From Flavobacterium sp. (lineage in GTDB: Bacteria; Bacteroidota; Bacteroidia; Flavobacteriales; Flavobacteriaceae): 64,000 bases of DNA. The notes beneath the pieces were generated by a model. That model saw only the letters and a list, made by a program, of their open reading frames with translations, did not search any database and was not told the origin of the DNA. Every line of letters begins with the position of its first letter. The stretch's first letter is position 1. Location: the NCBI RefSeq assembly GCF_036515215.1, contig NZ_DATBVQ010000060.1:4391-68390 (forward strand), read 5' to 3'. Shown here in pieces: positions 50,608-60,058 of this stretch. Position numbers and translations under genes: made by a program.

Positions 50608-51945
50608 ATGAGCTATTTAGACAATATATTATTTGCCATATTATTGGTCGTTGGATTTGGTTACTTTTTTAGCAACATAAAAAAAATCAAACGAAACATA
50701 AATTTAGGTATAGAAGTGGACCGGAAAGATAATCCGGGTGCTCGTTGGAAAAACATGGCCATGATAGCCATGGGCCAATCCAAAATGGTCAAAAGACCGA
50801 TAGCTGGTGCGCTCCATATTGTTGTTTATTTAGGTTTTATAATCATTAACATCGAGCTATTGGAAATCATCATCGATGGTTTATTTGATACGCACAGAGT
50901 TTTTGCCTTTTTAGGGTCATTGTATGACGTCCTAATAGCCTCTTTTGAGATATTGGCGTTGCTGGTTTTGGTTGCGGTAAGTGTTTTTTGGATAAGAAGG
51001 AACGTAATAAAGCTGAGACGTTTCGCTATGGGGGATTTGAAAGGATTTCCTAAGAATGATGCCAATTATATACTTTATTTTGAAGTCGTTTTAATGGCTT
51101 TGTTTTTATTGATGGATGCATCTGATTTGCATTTGCAAAACGTACCGGGTGGTTTTTCCCATTTCATAAAAGCAGGCTCTTTTCCGGTAAGTCAATTTAT
51201 TGAGCCAATATTTAACGGAATGGCAAATGAGTCCGTGATGATTCTTTTTGAAGTTTTCTGGTGGCTGCATATTGTGGGTATTCTAGTTTTTATGAACTAT
51301 TTATATTTTTCAAAACACCTACATATACTACTGGCTTTCCCAAACACCTATTTTGCCGACTTGAATCCTTTGGGACAGTTTGATAATCTAAAGGCGGTTA
51401 CCAAGGAAGTTAAAATGATGATGGATCCAAACGCTGATCCATTTGCGGCAGCGCCAGCACCGGTAGAAGGAGATGTCCCCGCTAAATTTGGAGCGAGCGA
51501 CATTCAGGATTTGAATTGGGTGCAATTGTTAAATGCGTATACCTGTACCGAGTGTGGCCGATGCACTTCGGCCTGTCCAGCCAATATAACGGGTAAAAAA
51601 TTGTCCCCTCGAAAGATTATGATGGATACCAGGGATAGGATGGAAGAAGTAGGTAGAAATATTGATGCCAATAAGGGCATTTTTATTCCGGACAACAAAA
51701 CCTTGTTAAACGACTATATTACAGCCGAAGAACTTTGGGCTTGTACATCCTGTAATGCATGTGTTGAGGAATGTCCCGTAAACATAAGTCCTCTTTCTAT
51801 TATCATGGACATGAGACGTTATTTAGTTATGGAACAAAGCGCTGCGCCAATGCCGTTAAACACCATGATGACCAATATAGAGAATAACGGAGCGCCATGG
51901 CAGTACAATCAACAGGACAGGTTAAATTGGAAAAACGAAAATTAA
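50608..51945 (+). CDS. Membrane Fe-S oxidoreductase subunit (NarI/HdrE-like TM domain plus 2x[4Fe-4S]); N-terminal half of a FadF/EtfD-like enzyme
   Basis: TM helices with His (ALHIV, WLHIV, SKHLHI); CTECGRCTSACP and CTSCNACVEECP. Confidence 0.85.
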   Translation: MSYLDNILFAILLVVGFGYFFSNIKKIKRNINLGIEVDRKDNPGARWKNMAMIAMGQSKMVKRPIAGALHIVVYLGFIIINIELLEIIIDGLFDTHRVFAFLGSLYDVLIASFEILALLVLVAVSVFWIRRNVIKLRRFAMGDLKGFPKNDANYILYFEVVLMALFLLMDASDLHLQNVPGGFSHFIKAGSFPVSQFIEPIFNGMANESVMILFEVFWWLHIVGILVFMNYLYFSKHLHILLAFPNTYFADLNPLGQFDNLKAVTKEVKMMMDPNADPFAAAPAPVEGDVPAKFGASDIQDLNWVQLLNAYTCTECGRCTSACPANITGKKLSPRKIMMDTRDRMEEVGRNIDANKGIFIPDNKTLLNDYITAEELWACTSCNACVEECPVNISPLSIIMDMRRYLVMEQSAAPMPLNTMMTNIENNGAPWQYNQQDRLNWKNEN

Positions 51946-52088
51946 CCGGAAATAGAAGCATTCCCAAAAAGGCAGAGCGGGAATTTTTTAGCAAAAAATG
52001 ACCATCACGGTTAACTAACAGGAATAAAAATTAGATTTCGAATTTTCAAAACATGAAAGTTTGATCTTTAAACTTTAAACAAAAATAT

Positions 52089-52880
52089 ATGTCAGAGAAT
52101 TTAATAGTGCCAACTATGGCAGAAATGCTAGCCCAAGGGAAGCAACCGGAGGTATTGTTTTGGGTGGGTTGTGCAGGAAGTTTTGAAGATAGGGCAAAAA
52201 AAATAACGAAAGCATTCGTACGAATTTTAAATCGTTCAAACGTTTCTTTTGCTGTGCTTGGTACGGAAGAAAGTTGTACTGGAGATCCCGCAAAAAGGGC
52301 CGGAAATGAGTTTTTGTTTCAAATGCAAGCAATGATGAACATTGAAGTTCTGAATGCTTATGAAGCGAAGAAAATTGTGACTGCTTGTCCGCATTGTTTT
52401 AATACTTTAAAAAATGAGTATCCTGAACTGGGCGGGAAATATGAAGTGGTGCATCACACAGAGTTTTTGAAATCCCTTTTAGATGACGGAAGATTGACAA
52501 TCGAGGGAGGACAGTTCAAAGGGAAAAGAATCACATTCCATGACCCATGTTATTTGGGAAGGGCCAATAAAGTTTATGAAGCTCCAAGAGATTTGATTCT
52601 TAAACTGGATGCCGAATTAGTTGAAATGAAACGTTCTAAAGCTAATGGATTGTGTTGTGGTGCCGGCGGAGCGCAAATGTTTAAAGATGCCGAACCCGGA
52701 AACAAGGAAATCAATATCGAAAGAACTGAAGAGGCATTAGAAATGAAACCTGATATTATTGCTGCGGGTTGTCCGTTTTGTAATACGATGATGACCGACG
52801 GAGTGAAAAACAAGGAAAGAGAAGGAGATGTAAAAGTTATGGACATCGCCGAACTGATTGCTAATGCAGAAGATTTGTAA
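52089..52880 (+). CDS. CCG-domain Fe-S protein (HdrB/GlpC-like); C-terminal half of a FadF/EtfD-like enzyme
   Basis: WVGC, ESCTGD, TACPHC, HDPCYLGR, LCCGAGG, AGCPFC. Confidence 0.87.
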   Translation: MSENLIVPTMAEMLAQGKQPEVLFWVGCAGSFEDRAKKITKAFVRILNRSNVSFAVLGTEESCTGDPAKRAGNEFLFQMQAMMNIEVLNAYEAKKIVTACPHCFNTLKNEYPELGGKYEVVHHTEFLKSLLDDGRLTIEGGQFKGKRITFHDPCYLGRANKVYEAPRDLILKLDAELVEMKRSKANGLCCGAGGAQMFKDAEPGNKEINIERTEEALEMKPDIIAAGCPFCNTMMTDGVKNKEREGDVKVMDIAELIANAEDL

Positions 52881-52903
52881 TTAAGCGAACAAAAGTATAA
52901 TTG

Positions 52904-52938
52904 AAAGGTTAAAACGTCATTCGTTTTAACCTTTTTTT
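52904..52938 (+). terminator. Intrinsic terminator
   Basis: AAAGGTTAAAACG-loop-CGTTTTAACCTTT plus T run. Confidence 0.8.
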
Positions 52939-53068
52939 GTTTTTTGATAGTTGTCCCAGCTTGGTCAGTATATTTTTTAATGCATTTCAGAATAGAATAT
53001 TTTTTTTTATGGACATAGATTTAGTTATGTAAATTGAAAGCCTTATTTTTGTAGAATAAACAATTATT

Positions 53069-53551
53069 ATGTTAGTAGATTTTAATACACTTCCTGAAGA
53101 ATCCAGAATTTGGATCTATCAGTGCAATCGCAAATTTTCGGACGCGGAGTTTTCCGAAATAGAAACGGCCTTGGAATCCTTTCTTGAAGGTTGGGCTGCA
53201 CACGGCACTAGCTTGGCATCCTCATATCAACTAAAATACAATAGATTCATTATAATAGCCGTTGATCAGGACGTTCAGGCGGCAACAGGATGTTCAATCG
53301 ATTCTTCCGTAGAGTTCATACAAAGTTTGGAACAGAAATATAATGTCGATTTATTGGATAAAATGAATGTCACCTTCAAATTGGGAGAGCACATAGCTCA
53401 CAAGCCATTAATTGACTTCAAAAGAATGGTTAAAGATAAAGCCGTTACTGAAAATACTATAGTTTTCAATAATTTGGTTAATAATATAGAAGAATATAAT
53501 GAATCTTGGGAAGTTCCTGCTATTGACAGCTGGCATAGCCGTTTTTTTTAA
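53069..53551 (+). CDS. Conserved Bacteroidota hypothetical protein (family often labelled 'ABC transporter ATPase'; no Walker motifs here)
   Basis: SRIWIYQ, WAAHG, ATGCSIDSS, SWH motifs; own -7 element TATTTTTG at 53044. Confidence 0.75.
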   Translation: MLVDFNTLPEESRIWIYQCNRKFSDAEFSEIETALESFLEGWAAHGTSLASSYQLKYNRFIIIAVDQDVQAATGCSIDSSVEFIQSLEQKYNVDLLDKMNVTFKLGEHIAHKPLIDFKRMVKDKAVTENTIVFNNLVNNIEEYNESWEVPAIDSWHSRFF

Positions 53552-53566
53552 AATAAATATACTAGA

Positions 53567-56560
53567 ATGAAAAATACAGGCATCAGAATTTATTTTCTCT
53601 ATGTCTTATTTTTTTTTATAGCCAGTTGTAGCGGCGTAAAAAAAAACAAGACGAAAGCAGTCTTCTCACATATTCCTACCGAGGTTGTTGATGTAGAAAT
53701 CGACAAGTCACAAAATAAAGCTACAAGTTTTAATGTATCGGATAAGGGAGAAAAATGGGTAGACAGTATTTATGATTCAATGAGCTTTGATGAAAAAATA
53801 GGGCAACTATTTATGGTTGCTGCCTTTTCAAATAAGGATGATGCTCACTTTAACGCAATCGATAAACTTGTAACGGAAAATAAAATTGGAGGGCTGATTT
53901 TTTTTCAAGGCGGACCAGTGCGTCAGGCAAAATTGACCAATAGGTTTCAAGCTAAATCAAAAGTGCCGTTATTTATCGGAAATGATGCGGAATGGGGGTT
54001 GGGCATGAGACTCGATTCAACGTCAAATTATCCATATAACATGACTCTTGGAGCGGTTCAAGACCTGAAACTCATTGAGAAAATGGGTATGCAATTGGGA
54101 GAGCAAAGCAAAAGGCTGGGACTACAGTTTAATTTTGCTCCCGTGCTCGATATTAATACGAATCCCAAAAATCCTATTATAGGTTTTCGTTCTTTTGGCG
54201 AGGATAAGTATAAAGTTACAGAAAGGGCCGCCGCTTTAGTAAAGGGGATCCAGAGTGAGGGTGTATTTGCTACGGGAAAACATTTTCCCGGTCACGGAGA
54301 TACCGAAACTGACTCTCACAAAGCCTTACCAACGGTTAACTTTTCGAAAGAAAGGCTGAAAATGATGGAGTTTTACCCGTACAAGAAAATGTTTGCGGAA
54401 GGACTTTCTTCCGTCATGGTGGCGCATTTGAACGTGCCTAGTTTGGAGTCCAGAAGTAATTATCCGTCTTCGATTTCCTATAACGTTGTCACTGACATTC
54501 TTCAAAAAGAACTCGGTTTCAATGGACTTATTTTTACAGATGCGCTCAATATGAAAGCGGTAAGCAATTTTAATAAAGGAGAATTGGTAGATCTAAAGGC
54601 ATTTATGGCGGGGAATGACATTTTGTTATTTCCTGAAGACGTACCGATTGCGATTGAAATTTTCAAAAAGGCCTATCAAGATTCTTTATTAACCGAGCAA
54701 AGAGTTTCATTTTCGGTAAAAAAAATTCTTAAATTTAAATATTTGGCTGGTTTAAATTCTTATAAGCCTATAGAAATAAAGAATTTGTATCAAGATCTTA
54801 ATTCGTCCAAAAATCAGGCATTGCAATATGAATTATACGAGAACGCAATCACAGTTCTGATAAACGCAAATTCTGTTTTGCCTGTCAAAGAATTGGAAAA
54901 TCAAAAGGTAGCCTATATAAAAATGGGTGATGCCACAAATACAACTTTTATTTCAACGTTACGAAAGTACGCTGAAGTAACCGAGATAGCGGATACGAAT
55001 TTGGATAGCTTGCAACAAAAATTAAAACCTTTTACCACCGTAATTATTGGTTATCATAAATCTAATGTCCCATTTAAGAGCTATAATTTTACATCCGAAG
55101 AATTATCGAGGCTGGCATTTTTGGCAAAAAACAACAATGTTATTCTGGATGTTTTTGCTTCCCCTTATTCGTTGTTGCCCGTCAATAATTTTGAAGATCT
55201 TGGGGGATTGGTTATTTCCTATCAAAATAGCACTATTGTACAGGAAGTTTCTGCCGAATTAATTTTTGGCGCCATAAGTTCCAAAGGAAAGCTACCCGTT
55301 ACGATCTCCGCTGATTTCGTTGCCGGCTATGGTCTTTCCACTGAAAAGTTGAATGTATTGGGTTTTACTGCCCCTGAAAATGTAGGAATGAATCCTGCGA
55401 TTTTATCAAAGATTGATAATCTTGCCCAAAAAGCAATCAGTGGAAGAATGACACCTGGAATGCAAATTCTTGTTGCGAGAAAAGGAAAAGTGATTTTTCA
55501 GAAATCATACGGCCATCATACATACGACGGAGATGCTAAAGTTTTAAACACGGACTTGTATGATGTTGCATCGCTGACAAAGATTTTGTCTACTTTGCCC
55601 AATGCCATGCTGCAATACGACGCTCAAAAGATAAATATGGAAACGAGGTTAGATTCCATGTTGCCTATTTTTAAGGACTCAAACAAGAAAGACATCCGGT
55701 TTAAGGAATTACTTTCCCATTATGCTAGATTGCAACCTTGGATTCCTTTTTATAAAGGAACCGTCGATAAAAATGGCAATCCTTTAGATAGCTATTACCG
55801 GAAGGTTATGGGTGTTCCATTTTTCACAAAAATAGCCGACAGCCTATTTTTAAGGGATGATTATCACGATACCATCATGAAGATAATTGTAGACAGTAAG
55901 TTGTTGCCTCAAAAAGGATATAAATACAGTGATTTTACTTTTATGATTTTGAAAGAATATTTGGAAAAGTTAACAGGGAAAAAATTGGATGAATTAAGTT
56001 TCGAAAATTTTTATAAACCACTTGGGGCTAATAATACCATGTATAATCCGTTGCAAAAGATAAATAAAAACAGAATTGCACCCACTGAAATTGATACTTA
56101 TTTCCGTCACCAGATTATACAAGGCTATGTCCATGACATGGGAGCTGCGATGGAAGGTGGGATTGGAGGTCACGCAGGAATTTTCTCTAATAGTATGGAT
56201 GTTGCCAAAATAATGCAACTCTATCTGCAGAAAGGGAATTATGGCGGCCGACAGTATTTTTCCAAAAAGACATTCGATGATTTTAACACCTGTTATTTTT
56301 GCACTGAAGGAAATCGTAGAGGGGTAGGTTTTGACAAACCGCAGTTAGGAAATAGCGGGCCCACTTGTGGCTGTGCTTCAATGACTAGTTTTGGTCATAC
56401 CGGATTTACGGGTACGATGGCTTGGGCAGATCCCGAAACCGAGATCGTTTATATCTTTTTATCAAATCGAACCTTTCCGAGTGAATCTGTAAATAAATTG
56501 TCTAGAGAGAATATCAGGGAAGACATCCAAGAAATTATTTATGATTCAATTGAATTTTAA
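53567..56560 (+). CDS. GH3 beta-N-acetylglucosaminidase fused to a serine hydrolase (beta-lactamase/AmiE-like) domain; lipoprotein
   Basis: Lipobox IASC; KHFPGHG, DSH, FTDAL; SLTK (SxxK), YSD, GHTG. Confidence 0.9.
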   Translation: MKNTGIRIYFLYVLFFFIASCSGVKKNKTKAVFSHIPTEVVDVEIDKSQNKATSFNVSDKGEKWVDSIYDSMSFDEKIGQLFMVAAFSNKDDAHFNAIDKLVTENKIGGLIFFQGGPVRQAKLTNRFQAKSKVPLFIGNDAEWGLGMRLDSTSNYPYNMTLGAVQDLKLIEKMGMQLGEQSKRLGLQFNFAPVLDINTNPKNPIIGFRSFGEDKYKVTERAAALVKGIQSEGVFATGKHFPGHGDTETDSHKALPTVNFSKERLKMMEFYPYKKMFAEGLSSVMVAHLNVPSLESRSNYPSSISYNVVTDILQKELGFNGLIFTDALNMKAVSNFNKGELVDLKAFMAGNDILLFPEDVPIAIEIFKKAYQDSLLTEQRVSFSVKKILKFKYLAGLNSYKPIEIKNLYQDLNSSKNQALQYELYENAITVLINANSVLPVKELENQKVAYIKMGDATNTTFISTLRKYAEVTEIADTNLDSLQQKLKPFTTVIIGYHKSNVPFKSYNFTSEELSRLAFLAKNNNVILDVFASPYSLLPVNNFEDLGGLVISYQNSTIVQEVSAELIFGAISSKGKLPVTISADFVAGYGLSTEKLNVLGFTAPENVGMNPAILSKIDNLAQKAISGRMTPGMQILVARKGKVIFQKSYGHHTYDGDAKVLNTDLYDVASLTKILSTLPNAMLQYDAQKINMETRLDSMLPIFKDSNKKDIRFKELLSHYARLQPWIPFYKGTVDKNGNPLDSYYRKVMGVPFFTKIADSLFLRDDYHDTIMKIIVDSKLLPQKGYKYSDFTFMILKEYLEKLTGKKLDELSFENFYKPLGANNTMYNPLQKINKNRIAPTEIDTYFRHQIIQGYVHDMGAAMEGGIGGHAGIFSNSMDVAKIMQLYLQKGNYGGRQYFSKKTFDDFNTCYFCTEGNRRGVGFDKPQLGNSGPTCGCASMTSFGHTGFTGTMAWADPETEIVYIFLSNRTFPSESVNKLSRENIREDIQEIIYDSIEF

Positions 56561-56677
56561 TGTGTTTCTCAAATGCGCCCATACACAATTATAAGTGGAA
56601 GTAGAAGGTGCAATTTTTCTGTATTTAAAGAAATGGCATTCCTATTTTTCATAAATTCGTTACTTTAAAATACATAG

Positions 56678-57841
56678 ATGAAAATTGCAATAGTTTGTTA
56701 TCCCACTTTCGGCGGAAGTGGCGTTGTCGCTACAGAACTGGGTCTGGAATTGGCCCGTCATGGTCATGAGGTCCATTTTATTACCTACAGTCAACCGGTG
56801 CGACTGGCATTGTTAAATCCAAATGTGCATTACCATGAGGTAAATGTTCCGGAATATCCACTGTTTCACTATCAGCCGTATGAATTGGCTTTGTCGAGTA
56901 AATTGGTGGATATGGTCAAACTTTATAAAATAGAAATTCTGCATGTGCATTATGCCATTCCCCATGCTTATGCGGGATACATGGCTAAGCAAATGCTAAA
57001 AGATGAAGGTATTGAAATCCCCATGGTTACCACATTGCACGGTACGGACATCACCTTGGTTGGGAATCACCCTTTCTATAAACCGGCCGTGAGTTTTAGC
57101 ATCAATAAATCGGATGTGGTGACTTCGGTTTCCCAAAGTTTAAAAGATGATACCTATAAATTATTCAATATTAAAAGGGACATTCACGTGATTCCGAATT
57201 TTATTGAATTGGATAAAAACAATAATGACCCTAGTATTGCCTGTCACCGTTCGGTTATGGCGAAACCAAGTGAGCGTATTATTACCCATATCAGTAATTT
57301 TAGAAAAGTAAAAAGGATTCCTGATGTAATAAAAATATTCTACAAAATTCAAAAAGAAATCCCGGCCAAATTAATGATGGTGGGTGATGGGCCTGAAAAA
57401 GAAAAAGCGGAGTATTTGTGCCAAGAGTTGGGCATACTTGACAAAGTGATCTTTTTCGGGAACAGCAATGAGATTGACAAGATTTTGAGCTACACGGATC
57501 TATTTTTGTTGCCCTCAGAAACAGAAAGTTTCGGTCTTGCGGCGTTAGAGGCTATGGCTTGGAGCGTTCCCGTAATATCGAGTAATTCAGGGGGACTGTC
57601 CGAAGTAAATTTTGAGGGGATTTCAGGCTACTTGAGTAATGTTGGCGACACGGACGCCATGGCAAAGAACGCCCTGAAAATTTTAAGGGAGGATGCAACG
57701 CTATTAAAATTTAAAGAAAACGCGTTATCGGTGGCGAAAAAATTTGATATTAAAAACATCTTGCCGCTGTATGTGGATCTGTATCAAAAAGCGATAAAGA
57801 AATATTCGAAAAAGAACAGGTTGTTGAACAACCCAAAATAG
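56678..57841 (+). CDS. bshA: N-acetyl-alpha-D-glucosaminyl L-malate synthase
   Basis: CYPTFGGSGVVATELG, HVHYAIPHA, TTLHGTDIT, HISNFRKVKR, ESFGLAALEAMA. Confidence 0.93.
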   Translation: MKIAIVCYPTFGGSGVVATELGLELARHGHEVHFITYSQPVRLALLNPNVHYHEVNVPEYPLFHYQPYELALSSKLVDMVKLYKIEILHVHYAIPHAYAGYMAKQMLKDEGIEIPMVTTLHGTDITLVGNHPFYKPAVSFSINKSDVVTSVSQSLKDDTYKLFNIKRDIHVIPNFIELDKNNNDPSIACHRSVMAKPSERIITHISNFRKVKRIPDVIKIFYKIQKEIPAKLMMVGDGPEKEKAEYLCQELGILDKVIFFGNSNEIDKILSYTDLFLLPSETESFGLAALEAMAWSVPVISSNSGGLSEVNFEGISGYLSNVGDTDAMAKNALKILREDATLLKFKENALSVAKKFDIKNILPLYVDLYQKAIKKYSKKNRLLNNPK

Positions 57842-57871
57842 CTATTAATTTTTGATTCTAAGTGTAAAAAA

Positions 57872-58300
57872 ATGAAGAAAATCAGTATGTCATTGCTTAC
57901 GTTGCTGCTTATGGCTTGCGGTGCGAGTGCTCCTAAAGATTCGGGGAAAAAGCCTTTATATGAAGTTTTGGCACAAAAGACTGATGGTGGGGCTAACATC
58001 CATTTTTTTGAAATTCTGACGGAACCAAATGAGATCAGAATGTTGCAAAATGACAGTGAGTTAAAAAATAAAATTAGCCCTATAGATGTTCAAAAATCAA
58101 ATTTCGTTATTTTGAATATGGGAGAGAAAAATACGGGAGGCTATTCGATTGCAGTTGAAAGTGTTGTGGAAACAGATAAAAATATAATTATCAGCGTAAA
58201 GGAGAATGGACCTGCATCGGATTCGATTATAACCCAGGATTACACCTATCCTTTTTGCGTAGTCAAGATAAATTCTAAAAAGGAAATAATCATTAAATAA
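57872..58300 (+). CDS. Lipoprotein with PrcB C-terminal-like domain
   Basis: Lipobox LMAC; MGEKNTGGYSI..V; TQ..TYPF.VVKI. Confidence 0.75.
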   Translation: MKKISMSLLTLLLMACGASAPKDSGKKPLYEVLAQKTDGGANIHFFEILTEPNEIRMLQNDSELKNKISPIDVQKSNFVILNMGEKNTGGYSIAVESVVETDKNIIISVKENGPASDSIITQDYTYPFCVVKINSKKEIIIK

Positions 58301-58331
58301 AAAAACGCCACTATTTCTAGTGGCGTTTTTT
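58299..58331. terminator. Bidirectional terminator
   Basis: A7-CGCCACTA-TTTC-TAGTGGCG-T6. Confidence 0.88.
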
Positions 58332-58348
58332 GCAATGTATGTTTGATA

Positions 58349-58852
58349 CTAGAATTGGTATCTAAGTGCTAATGCAACATCAGAACCATAATTGTTTTTG
58401 TAATAACCACTTCCACCAATTTCTGGTCTGAAATCTAATGAAATTAACAATGGGATAGGAAAATTATATTCAATTCCGATATCTCCCGCTGCAAACGCAA
58501 ATGTGTCATTGTATGAATTACCGTTATAGTCGTAATTATAGCTACCTACACCACCACCTACACCAGCGTACCAGTTGAAACCGCCGTCGATGTTCCAAAC
58601 CCATTGGTATAAACCAGTTAATTTGATAGCGTTGTCGTCATAACCATTATTGTTAAAATTACTTCTGTTTCTCCAACCTAAGTCTAATTCTAAACGATTG
58701 TTACTAGACAAAGCTCTTTGATAAGAAAGTTCCCCTCCAAATCCACCGTTATCTCCAAAACGAAGTCCTAGTGCATTTTTTGATATGTCTTGTGCCTGTG
58801 CGCTAAATGCTAATCCAATTAGCATAACAGCGGATAAAATAATTTTTTTCAT
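58349..58852 (-). CDS. Small outer-membrane beta-barrel protein
   Basis: Signal peptide ending AQA-Q, amphipathic strands, C-terminal LRYQF; start ATG 58852 follows promoter element TACATTTG (58879-58872). Confidence 0.8.
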   Translation of the reverse strand: MKKIILSAVMLIGLAFSAQAQDISKNALGLRFGDNGGFGGELSYQRALSSNNRLELDLGWRNRSNFNNNGYDDNAIKLTGLYQWVWNIDGGFNWYAGVGGGVGSYNYDYNGNSYNDTFAFAAGDIGIEYNFPIPLLISLDFRPEIGGSGYYKNNYGSDVALALRYQF

Positions 58853-59051
58853 AAATAAATTTTTGTTATTGCAAATGTACAACGAAAGGTTTGCCTAAGA
58901 ATTATAAAATAAATGTTAATTGTTTCAAAATTCACATATTATATTTGTTAAATTATGTTCTAAAGTCCCTGTGAACAATCAGTTAGTGTTTTTTAAGGAC
59001 TATTAATTAAATGCCAATTTTTATTGAAAAAGGATATTGCGTCAATTATTT

Positions 59052-59870
59052 CTAAAAAGCGATGGAATTTGTCATTTGCCTGCTCACGATATCTTCCATT
59101 TCGAATAGGTTTTCCTCGGCTGTAAAGCTAGACTCTTCATAGCGGTATAATTTCCAGCGTTTCTTATTGTATTCCAATGCAGTCAGGTTTTCCACCCAAT
59201 CTCCAGAATTCAGATACAGGGTAGAGCCATTTTTTGTTTCTTTTTTTATTATTTTTGGCTCGTGGATGTGTCCGCAGATGACATAATCGTATTTCTTTTC
59301 GATGGCAATATCGGCGGCGGTTTCTTCAAAATCCGAAATGTGTTTTAGCGCTTTCTTAACACCTGCCTTTATTTTTTTCGAAAAGGAATAGGGCTCTTTC
59401 CCCATTTTTTTCAAGCACCAATTCACAAACCGATTTATCAGGATCAAATAGTCATAGCCCAAGCCACCTAGTTTGGCAATCCATTTGGCATGATGAACTG
59501 AGGCATCGAATACGTCGCCATGAAAAATCCAGGCTTTTTTGCCGTCCAGTTCCAGAACCAATTTGTCAAGCAGTGCAAAATTTCCCAAGTTCATATCGCT
59601 AAACTTGCGAAGCATCTCATCGTGATTTCCCGTAATGTAATAGACTTTAGTTCCTTTCGTGGCTAAGCTTATGATTTTTTGCAGGACCTTTAAATGCGTT
59701 TTGGGGAAATAGGATTTTCGGAACTGCCAGATATCGATAATGTCGCCATTCAAAACCAGAACTTTTGGTTTTATGGAGCAGAGATATCTATTGAGCTCTA
59801 TGGCATGACTGCCAAATGTTCCAAGATGTGCATCAGAAATCACAACTAACTCAAGCTTTCTTTTTTTCAA
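59052..59870 (-). CDS. Metallophosphoesterase, UDP-2,3-diacylglucosamine diphosphatase-like
   Basis: SDAHLG, GDIID, GNHD, FHGD, GHIH, NSGDW; TTG start. Confidence 0.85.
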   Translation of the reverse strand: MKKRKLELVVISDAHLGTFGSHAIELNRYLCSIKPKVLVLNGDIIDIWQFRKSYFPKTHLKVLQKIISLATKGTKVYYITGNHDEMLRKFSDMNLGNFALLDKLVLELDGKKAWIFHGDVFDASVHHAKWIAKLGGLGYDYLILINRFVNWCLKKMGKEPYSFSKKIKAGVKKALKHISDFEETAADIAIEKKYDYVICGHIHEPKIIKKETKNGSTLYLNSGDWVENLTALEYNKKRWKLYRYEESSFTAEENLFEMEDIVSRQMTNSIAF

Positions 59871-60058
59871 TTTGATTCAAATTTGACGTTTCACAAATTT
59901 AACGATAGCCTGACGGATTCTGTTTTAATATAATGTTATCAATTCTTTTTTGGCATTAATAAAACGTAACGCGAGGCGTTAGCAAATTGTTAAATAATCC
60001 TATTTTTAAATTTTTTACTTTAAGCCATAAAACATATATTTGTTCAAAACTAATTATA

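Noticed and set aside
53069-53551. Literal ABC-transporter ATPase function
   Set aside because: No Walker A/B or LSGGQ signature in 160 aa
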